Notes: generated by a model not told the origin, from the sequence alone. 64,000 bases of DNA from the human T2T-CHM13v2.0 reference genome, Homo sapiens (GCF_009914755.1 NC_060926.1); one strand, 5' to 3'. Numbered from the stretch's first letter, positions 46,601-59,934 are shown. Translations and numbers: made by a program.

Positions 46601-49211
46601 CTGGAGGGAAAAGAGACACTGATGTAGGCTAAGAGGAGGAGAGCAAGGAAGAAGCATCCAGAGACAGAGGCCCTAAATAGTGCCAAACGCAACACTGAAC
46701 ACTTTCAAAATGACTAATATGTTTTTTGAAACTCTATGGAAGCGTAAGAAAGGAAGAAACCAGTATGGTAGGAAGATGATGGGTAGGTGATTTTTTTTTT
46801 TAATGCAGACAGAAATGACAGGCACTATATGGGAAAAATAAAATCCAAATGAAATGAGAGACCAAGCCTATCTGAGGAGGCCAAATGGAAGAAGAAAGCC
46901 AGAGCATGGAGGTCAGATCATTCAGAGACATATCAAACATTAGAACAGAGAGGATCCAATGGTAAAACAGTAGATGACGACACAAGCCCATTGCAATAAA
47001 AGGGCTCAAAAAGGGGATCTGAGCTCTTATTTTACTGGGGCTACTTCTTTGAACAAGGAACTCATCAACCTCATTAAGCAAGTCCTGTTTTTTCTTTCAG
47101 CAGCTGTCCCAAATTTCTTTCTTCATCTCTAGTCAACTATTCCAGCCCTGAGAGGCATCCAGGAAGATAAGAAATGATGAGGGACATGAGCCTCTGTTGG
47201 CGTTCCTGTGCAACTCCCTCAACACCAGGCCCACTTGCCATCCCTCTTTATTTCTGAAAGCTTTATTCCAGTGAGGTATGAATGATCCCATAGGCACAGT
47301 GTGGAGTCTACAGAGTATTAAGCCTTGCAGATGTCATTAAGGCAGTGTTCCCAGCTGAAGTAATGAATGCAGCCAGCAGGAGACCCAGAGAATTGAGTTT
47401 ATTGAGGGGATTGTTGCAGTCTCATTATCTAGTTTAACAATTTGGGGATCACCAAATCACATATCATCATAACTCCCTTCTTGCCAATGTTTTCCCCTTC
47501 TCTTTCGAGACCTGCCACTGAATCATTTCACAGTATGCTTTAATGACAGTGGATATGGGATTCACTGTGGTTTTATAATAACGCTGCAGCTGCCAGGCTT
47601 GTCTAAAGAATTACAAGGTCTCTTTTTTCAAGCACAGTGAAATGAATATCCCATCAAAAATAACACCTTGGATTTAAAAAAAAAAAGGTGCTTGGATACA
47701 ACTTGCAAGAACTAAATTCTCTTTTAGTTTTTATTCTAGAGTAATTCCTAAGCCCTGAGACAATGCCCTTTGTGTGAAGCAGAATATGAGGTACTCACTG
47801 GCTTAGGGTAAAACTGACTGTACTTGTCTCCATCTTCCACAAGCCCAGCTGATATTTTATTAACATCCCTGTGCAGGCAGCACCTGGCTCAGTGCCTCGC
47901 ACATAACAATTGCTCAGTAAGTGGGAGGCAGGTTGGAGGGATGAATAATTACAAATTTCCCTTGTGTTTCACAGGTCTTGGGAGGAAGCCGGTTAATGTC
48001 CTCTTCTCTTGTTATTTACTTTGCAAACTACCATTAGGATTCGGATGCGTTCCAGAGAAGGCTTTTTATTTAGCAACATGAGAACTAGGCAACCTACTTT
48101 TTTGTTCTCAAATTTGAACCATTGCTATGAAAATATTTTGAATTGATAGACAACTGGAGCTTGTTTTCTGTACACCCAGCTATAGGCTATCAACTTAAAA
48201 CTTGAGAGGTTTTTTTTAGTGAGGCTTGTTAATGTCTATTATGTGACCAGTACTGATCACAACTTTATAATTACATGAGGACCATCATGTGGTTGGATGT
48301 TTTCTTACACTGACAAGCAGATAGGCGCTTTTTGACCATACATTCTCCATGTTTCTCCATTGTCATCTCTCTGCTGTTTCTGCTGATAATTAAAACCTAT
48401 GAAATTCATGACTAAATCCGATATTTAAACAATTTATTGTATGTTTTACAGACAAGCTGTATCCTTCACTTATTGAAGGTACAATTAAAAACACATAAAA
48501 CTTTAATTCATATAATGTTTAATTGGTAGGTTTGAAGCCAATTTTGGTACCAGTGTACTCTTTCCCCAGTTTTAATTCCTATATTAGTTTTCATTAAAAA
48601 TGTTAAATTAAAAGAAATTGTCATTAAGTATCAGAGAAAGCTGTCACTGAACCTAGCAGGTGGTATCTGTTAACAAAGCTAAAATCACTTACGAAGATGC
48701 TTCCAATGGAATCATGTCTTGATAACTACTGTTAAGCAACAAGAATCCCATTGGCCCCAACACACACATCCTATGATATCCTATACTAAAAGCTACAGCA
48801 CATATCCAAGCAAGAAAATTGGAAAGTCTTAAAAAATAAAAAAACATAATGAAATAAACATCAGTTAACAATTATATGACAATAAAATTGGCAACCTTTA
48901 AAAAAGACAAATGTGCCCTAAGACCCAGGATTACCCAGCTTAAAATTTTAAATGCTGTTTGGTAGTATCTTCCATATTCTTGGTTTTCTCTCTTTCCCAG
49001 AAGGTCTTTCCCATCTGAGAAAAAGTTAGGAAAAAAGTCAAGGCCATTAATAACATTGAACCCCTGGTCTGAAGCATAAAATTATCTCTGCCCCTTTCTG
49101 TTTCAGTATATCTCAAGAAAGGGCTATAATTACTATTAATAGCCTGAATCAAAGAAATTCTAAAAATTATAATTTTCTCTTTGTCTTATTCTTTTTCTCC
49201 AATTTCTACAC

Positions 49212-49505
<294 letters not shown>

Positions 49506-49584
49506 ATCTGTACTTCTTTAATTAAACGCACTGAGTGGAAAAATATTTTGTACTGGAGGGTGAGGAAGGTTGCACAACCTTTAC

Positions 49585-50905
49585 GGTGAGAATATTGAAA
49601 ATTCTATTTCAGCTATTTTGAAATATAGATTATTGTTGATTATAGTTACCCTACTAATAGAACACCAGGACTTATCCCTCCTAACTGTATCTTTGTACCT
49701 GCTAACTTCTCATCCTTCTCCTCCCATCTCTCTCCAGCCTCTGGTAACCACTCTTCCACTTTACTTTTATGAAATCAACTTCTTAAGATTCCACATATGA
49801 ATGAGGTCATGCAGTATTTATCCTTCCGTGCTTGGTTTATTTCACTTAACATAAAGACCTCCAGTTCCATCCATGTTTCTATAAGTGAAACTTTTCTTCT
49901 TATGGCTAAATAGTATTCAATTGTATATATATGCCACATTTCCTTTATTCTTTTATCCATTGGTCAACATTTAGATTTATTCCATATCTTGGCTATTTTG
50001 AAGAGTGCTGCAATAAACACAGAAATGCAGATATCTCTTCAATATATGGATTTTATTTTTTTGGATATACATACAGTAGTAGGATTGTCAGGGCCTATAA
50101 TAGTTCTATTTAAATTTTGGAGAAGCCTCCATGCTATTGTCCATAATGGCTACACTAACTTACATGCCCAACAACAGGGTATAACAATTCCTTTCTCTCC
50201 ACATTCTTGCTAGCATTTATTATTTTTTGTCTTTTGGTAGCCATTTTAACTGGAGTGAGGTAACATCTCATTGTGATTTTGATTTGCATTTCCCTGATTG
50301 GTGATGTTGAGCATTTTTTCATATACCTACTGCCCATCTGTATGTCTTCTTTTGCAAAATGTCTATCAGATACATTGCCCAGTTTTAATTTGGTTGTTTT
50401 TTTTTTTTGCTATTGAGTTAATTCTTTATATATTCTGGTCATTAATTCCTTGTCAGATACATAGTTTGTGAATATTTTCTCTCATTCTGTAGGTTGGCCC
50501 TTCATTCTATTGTTTCCTTTGCTGTGCAGGAGTCTTTTTTGGATGTAATCCTATTTGTCTATTTTTCCTTTGGTGCCTGTGCTTTTGAGGCTTCATAAAA
50601 AAAAAATAAAAAAATAAAAAAACTTTGCCCAATCCAAAGTCATGAAGCATTTTACCTGTTTTATTCTAGTAGTCTCATAGTTTTGGGCTTTACATTTAAA
50701 TCTTTAATTCATTGTAAGTTGATTTTTTGAAAGTGGTGAGAAATAGTGGTTCAGTTTCATTCTTTTGTATATGGATATCCTAGTTTCTCAGAGCCATTTA
50801 TTGAAGGGACTGAATATGTTTTCCTGAATATGTGCTCTTGGAGCCTTTGTTGAAAGTCATTTGGTTGTTCATGTGTGGATTTTTTTTTCCTGGATTATCT
50901 CTTTT
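49585..50905 (-). mobile_element. L1MA6/7-like 3' fragment
   Basis: ORF2-like ORFs 49775-49960 (EMWHIYTIEYY) and 50155-50337 ([15 protein letters not shown]); L1MA 3' UTR. Confidence 0.85.
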
Positions 50906-51351
50906 TAGTACTTCCTGTACTCACTCAACACAGAGTCTCTAGAACCTCCTGATGAATCCATTTAAAATAGTTTTGGATCTATGAAGAGAACAGGGATTAG
51001 GATCCCTTAGTCTAAGCAGTGTGTGGTGTCCCTCACTGGATCTGCTCTTCAATTTCCATGATAGCAAGTGCCCACCAGACTGGGGAATTGGAATAGATCT
51101 ATACGTTTCTTTTCACTAAAATTCTGTATTGTATTCTGACTTTATGTATTATATAATAAAAAAAGGTTTAAAAATGAGACACCACATCACCCCTGCCATG
51201 ACTTGACCTGGCCTACTACTTCTTAGACAAACAATCTGAATTTTGCTCTTAGTTGGACTTTTTGCTAATTATATGCCCTCTTGTTCTATTCCTTCATACT
51301 AACTTTGAAAATATATGTGCATTTTTGTTAGAATTGTTATTGGGTTTTACG

Positions 51352-51352
<1 letters not shown>

Positions 51353-51392
<40 letters not shown>

Positions 51393-51402
51393 TGTGTGTG
51401 TG
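51353..51402 (+). repeat. (TG)n microsatellite, 25 units, one TA interruption
   Basis: Direct reading. Confidence 0.95.
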
Positions 51403-52138
51403 GGTTGATCAATAAACTACGTAACTGAGGATGGAAAAACAGAAGTTTGCCCAAGTTTTGAATAGTCTTCCTCAACCGTATTTTTCTCCATAAGCACTGT
51501 TATTTTTAGGGATCAGTTTTGTGGATTCTAAGATTTTTCAGGAATGCATATATTGTGTTATGTTATGACTTGTAGTTTTAAAAAAGTCAAATAGTGCCAA
51601 AAGGCTTATAAAAATAGCGTTGGCTTTCTGTCTCAAAACTGTTAGAAACTCTTCTTTATCCCTAGCATTCTAAGATTTCATGATGTGCCTTTTTGTGGGG
51701 CTTTTTAAATTCATTTTGTTGGGCACTCAGTGGGTACTTTTTATCTGAAGTTACATGCTTTTCACTTTTGGACAATTTTCTTGTATGATTTCTTTGATAA
51801 TTCTCCTCTCATTTTTTTTCTAGAACATCTATGAACACAGTGAAAATGGATGAAGATTTAAATGAAACTTCCTCAGTTATGTAATCCAAACTACAAAAAT
51901 CGAAGTCAAGGGAGATGGATGCCAGGTGTTAGCCTAAGAGTTGGCATATATTTTTTGGAGTGCTGTGAGGTGTATTGCAAGTCTTGCCATTATTTGTTTA
52001 CATTTTTCAAAAAGCTAAAAGTCGAAATAGCCAAAATAACTCAGACTATTTCAAAAGCTCATTATTTGCATAGTATACTCATTTGAGCAAGAGGAAAGTC
52101 TGACTGCTAAGAGCTGCTAGGAAAGGATAAAAGTGAAC

Positions 52139-52584
52139 TGTATGTGTAAAGAAGGGAATGAGAAGGTTGCACACAGGTAATAGGCTCTTTATCAGCCAGT
52201 GCTGCCATCCCTAGTTGCTGGGAATATAGGCTGATATATAACAATATCCCCTTTCCTAGACAATTTTCTGATCAACCAGGAGCTGCCTTTCCTCAGGGGC
52301 TATGCAACCACCTCTTGGAGTTCAGAATTTAGATGATGACTAACTGATATCAAGGTTTAAAGGCTGCTTGTGTCAAAGTGAGATTGATTCAGTGGTGCAA
52401 TGTGTACTCTAGAGTTTTCACCATGAGACCAGACGTAAAGAAGCCTCTGACACCAGATTCTTGTGCATGTTTTTCGTCTTGCCTATCCTGCATTCCTCAA
52501 CTCTCCTGAAGGCTTTCCCTCATTCTGTCACTTGAACAAGAATCCCCTCCCAGGCTCTGCTTCCAAGGTACCTGACTTAAGACA
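52139..52584 (+). mobile_element. LTR16E/LTR16A-like ERVL LTR
   Basis: 3' end tcacttgaacaagaatcccc..caggctctgcttc..acctgacttaagaca; start approximate. Confidence 0.7.
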
Positions 52585-52829
52585 CAATTACACTTTTAAA
52601 TTCGAAAAGCTATTTTTCCCCTCTGATTACTCTTGTTTATAGTGTCCTGTTCTTGTTACATGAATGTGATAATTTTAAAGGTCTTGTTCTGTTTCCTACA
52701 TAGTTTCTATTTTCTTTTTATATGGTTGCTTTGATCTCTGTTTCACAATTAAGGGTTTCCTCAAATGACTCATGACTTTTGGCTAATCATTCCTATTTAA
52801 GGTAAAGATACCATAATTGGTTTAGAAGC

Positions 52830-53875
52830 TTTATTAGTCAGGTTCTCCAGAGAGACAAAATCAATAGGATAGTGTGAAAATCGTCAGAATAAAAATTGAG
52901 CCACTTGTGTTAATTCAAAATAAAACAAAACTCTGACAAATAGAGCCAGGGAAGGCTGTGAAGAGAGGGTTTTCATGTAATAACAAAACTAATAACAAAA
53001 CACAAAAAACTCTGCAAAAACTACAACCTTGCACAAAGGTCACTGCAACCTTACATAAAAAAACACTTCTGTAAGTACATCCGCCCAGCAACTAACTGCC
53101 TGTCCAAACTTGAACTGAATTCATTTTTGCTATTGATCTTTATAATCATGGATAATAATTTTAAATCAATATATGATCCTTCTAATTTTTCCTTTAAAAG
53201 CCTTTGGCTTCCTTTGCCTCCTTGAATATGCACACAGTTTACCATGGCATGTATATTTCCACTGCAATGCCATACTCCCAAATAAATATCTTTTTATTTT
53301 AGAGAGCCTCTCTTTGCTTGTTAGATTCATGATAGACAGTAGAGAGATTGATAATAAATAGATGAGAGGAAACTTATTTGGGGAATTGGCTCATGCAATT
53401 ATGGAGGCTGAGAAGTCCCACAGTAAGCCACCTGCAAGCTGGAGACCAAGTGAAGCTGGTAGTGTGGCTCAGTCCAAGCCCCAAAGCATCAGAACCAGGG
53501 AAGCTAGTGATGTAACTCTCAGTTCAAGGTCAAAGACCTGAGAACCCAGGGGACACCTGGTGCAAGTCTCAGAGTCCAAAGGCAGGAGAACTTGGAGTTC
53601 TGATGTCTAAAGGCGGAAGAAAAAGGGGGTCCAGCTCCAGGAGAGGGAGTGTGTGAGCATATTCATCTTTCCTCTGCCTTTTTGTTCTATCTGGGTCCCC
53701 AGCTGATTGGATGTTATCTGTCCACGTTGAAGGTGGATCTTCCCCACCAAGTCCACTGACTCACAGTCCAATCTCCTCTAGAAACATCCTCACAGACACA
53801 CCCAGAAATGATGCTTTATCACTATCTAGGTATCCCTTAGACTAGTTAAGTTGACATCTAAAATTAACCATCACA
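52830..53875 (-). mobile_element. MLT2B3-like ERVL LTR (split by LTR47A)
   Basis: tattagtcaggttctccagaga...aattaaccatcaca; TSD gaagc/gaacc. Confidence 0.88.
52873..53330 (+). mobile_element. LTR47A-like solo LTR
   Basis: tgtgaaa.tcgtcagaat.aaaat.gag.cacttgtg...aataaa...ttttagagagcctctct; 5-bp TSD GATAG at 52868-52872 and 53331-53335. Confidence 0.75.
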
Positions 53876-54371
53876 GAACCTCTGTGTGAATGGTGGACTC
53901 CTCTTTGGTGGACATTACTTGTAAGCAACTTTAAGCGGGCACTGGCTTATCACTAGGCATACCCAAATAGCTTATCTTTGGGGTGGTTCAGTTTCTCTGG
54001 AGAAGTGTTCCTTTTTTATTATCTAGGTTGTGGAAGCTCGATTGCCTGATAGGTATTCTGAAGGGTCTGGGTCAGGGGACAGCTTTCATTTTGTCCCCTT
54101 CTTACAGCCTAACTGCTTATCCTTGCCCATTTTAAGTATAATTGTCTCCAAAGCTTCTCCGGTTTCGTTTTTCTAGAAAACAGACCTACCGTCTCCTGGT
54201 AACAGACAAAGTAGGTAAGGGGTAATCACAGGTCCAATTGTTATAGGAACTTTCTAATAAGCCCCTTACTTTTATAGCTTTATCCCTTTATGGCATCCTC
54301 CCAATAGCCTTGCTTTTTATTATCCTCATCAGCACACATTTGGTTAAAATAGATCTTTGTACAATATTTTA

Positions 54372-54600
54372 TTTAACAAAAATTTATGTAGTGCTTACTA
54401 TCTGCTAGTGCAGGTCTAAGCACTCTGCAAATATAACTCATTTCAATATCACAACAATCTATGAAATAATATTATCTTCATTTAACAAATGAGGTAACTG
54501 AGTACAGGGTAACTTGCCCAAGGTCGCATAGCTACTAAATGGCAGTACCATATTTTTTATTTCAGGAAATTTGGCCCTTAAATCTTTGTTCTTAGCTTGC
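54372..54600 (-). mobile_element. MIR
   Basis: gtgcttactat..ctaagcact..acaaatgagg.aactgag..taacttgcccaaggtc.catagcta. Confidence 0.88.
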
Positions 54601-55326
54601 TGTATTGTTCCTCTAATGTTGGCTCACTTGCCATTTTGCCAAAGCTTCATTATGATGTGGGGTTACAAACGTCTGAGTTTATTGAAGGGGGAATTTCTGT
54701 TTCCAATATTGTTCTGGGGTAAATTACACAAGAAGGGGCTTACCATGATCTTTAAGTTGCTCCTGTGGTTAAGGTTTTAGGGTAGACATAATTATTTTCC
54801 TTAAAGGTTTAAACATCTGGTTAGAGTAGCAGGAGTATTAAAATAGTATAACTTGGAAAAAGAAGCATAAAGCCATCTGATTGCATTGATTAATTCCTCA
54901 GGGATTTTGATCTCCTCTCTGAGTCTGGGCAATTCACCTAACTCTTTAAAAAACAACTTTCATGAGATATATAGTTATAAACTATATGCTTAAAGAGTAC
55001 AATGAGTTTTGACAAAAAAAATGGTGAAACCATCAACATCTAGATGATGAATACATGCATCATATCAGTATTCTTTTCATGCCCCTTTGCAAACCCTCCC
55101 TTTTACCCCCTTTCCTAACTGTCCCCTGCCCAAGCCAACATCTCCCCCACAGCTCGAAACCCATCTCCCAGGATTTTCTGTCACTACCAATTAGTTTGCA
55201 TATTTCTAGAATTTTATAAAAATGGAATTATGGAATCACAAAGCATGTACTTTTTTGGTCTTTTTCTCAGAGTAACTATTTTGACAGCCATCTATGTTTT
55301 TACATGTATTATAGTCTATTACTATA

Positions 55327-55521
55327 TTTTACATTTTCATACATTTAGTGTATATAAATACAGTTTTGTTACATGGATATATTGAATAGCGATGAAGTCT
55401 ATGCTTTCAGTGTAACCACCACCCAAATAGTGTCCATTGTACTCATTAGGTAATTTCTTATTCCTCAACCCCATCCCACCCTTCCACCTTTTCTAGTCTC
55501 CAATGTCTGTTATTCCACTCT
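55327..55521 (-). mobile_element. L1PB4-like 3' end (about 195 bp)
   Basis: cagttttgttacatggatatattg.atag.g.tgaagtct.gcttt.agtgtaacca.cacccaaatagtg. Confidence 0.75.
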
Positions 55522-55966
55522 TATTGCTGACTACTGTTCCATTATATGGATATGCCACATTTATTTATCTATTCCCTTGTAGATAGATATTTGGTTTATT
55601 TGCAATTTTAAGCTTTACAAATTAAGCTGCTATGAACATTTGTGTAGAAGTGTTTTTATAAGCACATGCTTTTATTTCACTCAGTTAAACACATGGGAGG
55701 GGAGTGGCTGGATCACTGACTTCTTAAAAATTAACTTCTTAAAAAAGTGCCAGACTTTTCTAATGTGTTTATACCACTTCATATTCCCATCAGTAGTGTA
55801 TGATCATTCCAGTTTCTCTATACCCTCATTAACACTTTGTATGGTCAGTCTTAATTTTGGACATCCTAAAAGGTATATAGTATTTCATTGAGGTTTTAAT
55901 TTGCCTTTCCCTAATGACTAGTGATATTGAGCACCTTTTCATGTGCTTATTTATCAGCTCTATGTC

Positions 55967-56134
55967 TTTTATTATTATTATTATACTTAAGTTTTAGGGT
56001 ACATGTGCACAACGTGCAGGTTTGTTACGTATGTATACATGTGCCATGTTGGTGTGCTGCACCCATTAACTCGTCATTTAGCATTAGGTATATCTCCTAA
56101 TGCTATCCCTCCCACCTCGCCCCACCCCACAACA
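55967..56134 (-). mobile_element. L1PA4-like 3' end (about 170 bp)
   Basis: aagttttagggtacatgtgcacaacgtgcaggtttg...tttagcattagg..ccccacaaca. Confidence 0.88.
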
Positions 56135-58207
56135 CGTGATGGTTGACTTTTTTGCCGCCTACTATTTATTTACTTTTAACATTGAGATTTGAGAGTTGTT
56201 CTTTATATATTCTGGGTACAAATCCTTTATCAGATGTATGCCTTGCACATGTTTTCTTTCAGTCTGCGGTTTGTCTTTTCATTTCTCTTAATAGTGACAT
56301 TCAAAGAACAGTTCTCAATTTTGATGAGGTCAAATTTATAAACTTATTTGTCCCACTGAAAGGTAGATTCAGAGTTGTACTTAAATCTCCTGACACACAA
56401 TCTAGTGTATTTCCCATAAATTCTGTCTCTCAGGAGTGAAATTCCCACTTAACCTATCCTAAATAAAAAGATAGATACTCTCATCCCAAGGGATCCAGAA
56501 AGAGCAGCCCCTAACTCTCACCATCAAGAACATTTTTAGTAGTGAATTGTTCACCTTACAGTAAATTTCAGAGGGAAATTTTGGGGAAATCTCATTAAGG
56601 ACTTTGTTCTATGCAGTCCCGAGTCTCTTCTCAGGCCCTAATTAATTCTACATTTTTTCCCCTTTTCTACAGGCTACAAGGATTCAATCTGCTTTCCTTT
56701 ATTTTGGAAGTTGTTTACACCCACTCTACTTTCTGGGTTTATTTCCTAGCAAGACTGCCTGCAGAGTAAGAAACCAAGTTTCTGTTTTCTCTTTCTTAAT
56801 GTCCTGAGGATAGGCACACAGACCCTTTTTATTTTAAGAAGTTTAGTACTAATCACTATGGAAAAACAGATGGTAATAGCAAAAATAACATTACCAGGAA
56901 AGTTACAAAGGTTCTAAAAATTGTACAAAATTCTTACAGTGTATTATCTAGTCCATGGTTCTTGGCTCCCTCTAAAAGGCTAACAATCAGCCTGTTTGTA
57001 GTAGGTGGGGCTTCTCATCTACCTCTAGCAAAAGTTATTGTCTTCCACACATGCCATTCTTTCTAATCAGAGAAGGCACTATGCCCTGAAGATTCAATAA
57101 AGGAAAACACTGTATTCCCTTAAGTGGGAAATTTGTATCTCTGCAGGCATTCCAACTTGGTGATAGCCATAGTCCCGACCAAGAATGATTCCTTTTATTT
57201 ACACAGACTTGGGGTTGCCCAGTTGAATCGATACTAAGAAGTCCTGGGAAATAAGAAAAATTGAGATACAAAAATATCATTCAGTGAGTTTCTAGAGACT
57301 AGAAACACAAATTTTCAGTTTCCAGAAATTAGTAGATAGATTCTGGGGTTTTCCTGCTTCTGGGACCTCAGAAATTAGACATAGTAACAAAAATGTTCCA
57401 CATAGTAGGCAGTGGGGAGTTACACTCCAGTGGCTGGAGTTGGAAATGAAGTATTGACTTGAACCAGTGAGAGAAGCCAGAAATGAGGCCATAATCCTGG
57501 AAAGCTGGGTCTGAATGGCAACACCAAATTGAGCAGGGGTGAATGCAGAAGTCATTTGCTAGCACGTACTGTAAAGAGTAGGATCAGAGGATCATGCCAG
57601 CAGCATGGTAAAATATTTTGATGGCTTTCCACCTTTGGCTACATCTGGTTCTGACATCTCTTTCACCTAGCTTGCCTTAAAGGTGACCTCCTTTGTCAAC
57701 TGTCTATTCTTATAATACATGGTCTCCATTCACTTGAACCTGTTTTGTGAGTTCATAGATCATTACAAGTGGCAGAAAAACTGAGTGATCCTGTAGTTCA
57801 CCCCCCCATTTAACACATAATGAATAAGATACTTTATGAAAAACAAACATAATGAGACACATATGACACTGTGATGATTCCATGAGCAACCAACCAGATG
57901 TCAACAAGCTTTGAGGAGATTCTTCAAGACCTTTCTACATCATGGATTCATCCTGTATAATACCTGCCTTCCCTTTGTAATTTCATAGTTCAAAGGTCAA
58001 ATGAAATGATGCTTATGAAAGCTCTTTAAAAATTATGAAGGCTGCAGGGAAATAAAACTCAAGACTCAGACAGTGATGCAGGCTTGTTTAAAATTATAGA
58101 CTGGGTAATCCTAGGAAACAATTTAGAGAATTTGGGGAAACTTGTTTACAGTTCATATTAAAAAAGGAATGAACAGGAAGTATCTATAAACTAGGGAAAA
58201 AGACACA

Positions 58208-58435
58208 ATAATAACAACGAGAACCACCATTTGCTCAATGTGTATTGTGTTCTTGGTATTCTCATTTTATTCTCACAATGACCTTATACATCATTACCTC
58301 TGTTTTCTGAGTGAGGCAACTGACACTTTGAGAGGCTAGGAAAATCCTCCAAGGCCAAGCAATTAGGAGGAGCTAAGGCAAGATTTGGAACATATCAGTC
58401 TCACTGCAAGCCCATATTGTTAACTGACCACATGA
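58208..58435 (-). mobile_element. MIR
   Basis: attctcacaatgacc..tgagg.aactga..ccaaggcca..caagatttg. Confidence 0.65.
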
Positions 58436-58519
58436 CCTTGCTTCTTTAACAAAAACAAAACTTCTTGGAGGTTTGGGTGCTATATACATACATATATGTG
58501 TTTATATTACATTATATAA

Positions 58520-58803
<284 letters not shown>

Positions 58804-59579
58804 GGTTCAATATATTGGAAAGTGATGGTCTTTTGAGCAAGCATAAGCCTGATTTCATGACTTACCCAGTGATTTCTGAGCAGTGGTGGGGGGCGGGGGA
58901 CGGCGGGGCACAGTGGTGTTAAGTACTTATGAAGGTGATGCCCCAGGAGAAGATGAGTGCTTCAAAGAACTAAGCAGCCTCTCCAGGGGAGATCTCAGTC
59001 AAGGGATGAACAAATTATCCAATTGCCCACCATCCACACATTTAAGGGAAAAAAAGAGTTAGTTATTTCTTCTGACCTACTATTTGGAAAATGGGATGTG
59101 AAGTTGCCTCACTAAAAGGCGAGAGTGGAATCTTCGATGTTGCTGATAATGCTTTATTGAGAGCTGCAGAGGCACTGGCCCCAGTCAAATAAGAGACTTA
59201 ATTAAAGTTTGGAAATCATTTTACTGGATTGGATAAACAGAGAAAACCACCTCTTTCTCAAGCTACTCACTCCCATGCAGAAACATCCCCTTAGCATCAA
59301 AGTTCTGACTATCTAAGACACAGAGAGATATTCTAAGGGAAAATAGCAACTACTTTGACATTCCTGTGTGAATAGAATTAAGGGGCATGAGAAATTCCAG
59401 CCAGGTGGGTTTTAGTTTTCTAACAGCAGAAGCCAGAAGTAATGGATTTAGACAAAAACTTATTTAGACCCAACTGCTAGAGTTATCAAAAGGAAATTGA
59501 ACTGAATCTTCTGGAGGCCTGGAGAATTCAGCTTGGTGTCCCCACTTTACAGTGGTTGTGTATACTGAATGAGTTAACG

Positions 59580-59859
59580 CAGTGATTCTAAACCAAAGGC
59601 TATTTTGCCCTCCAGAGGGCAATTGGCAATATTTGGAGACAAATTTGATTGTCATAACTTAACTAAGAGAGTGCTACTGGCTTCTAGTGAGTAGGTTGTC
59701 ATAACTACGAGAGTGCTACTGGCATCTTCTGAGTAGAGATCAGGAATGCTGCTAAACATGCTACAATACACTGGACATCCCCACTCCCTGCCCTGCAATG
59801 AACACACCAAGGAATTATCCAGTTCAAAATTTCAACAGTGCTGAGACTGAAAAGCCCTG
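59580..59859. mobile_element. MER20 hAT MITE with internal duplication
   Basis: cagtgattct..ttttgccc..ttggcaat.tttggagaca..ttgtcataact..tgctactggcatc..tgctgctaaacat.ctacaat..gtgctgag.ctga.aa.ccctg. Confidence 0.9.
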
Positions 59860-59934
59860 TGAGAGTGCAAAAATGAAACTCTGAGGACAGTACATAGCAC
59901 ATAGTTTGCTCTCAGTATCAACTATTGCTTTTAT

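Larger units (their letters stand above)
51630..54340 (-). mobile_element. HAL1-like relic in pieces (host of LTR16E, MLT2B3, LTR47A)
   Basis: 'ttttgtttgggcactcagtgggt.cttt..atctga' and 'gtttcctcaaatg.ct..tgac.tttgg...cattc.tatttaag' motifs. Confidence 0.5.
54945..56350 (-). mobile_element. L1MD-like 3' end (host of two short younger L1 ends)
   Basis: ttttctgtcacta..attagtttgcat.ttctagaattttata.aaatggaat; ttgagca.cttttcatgtgcttattt. Confidence 0.75.
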
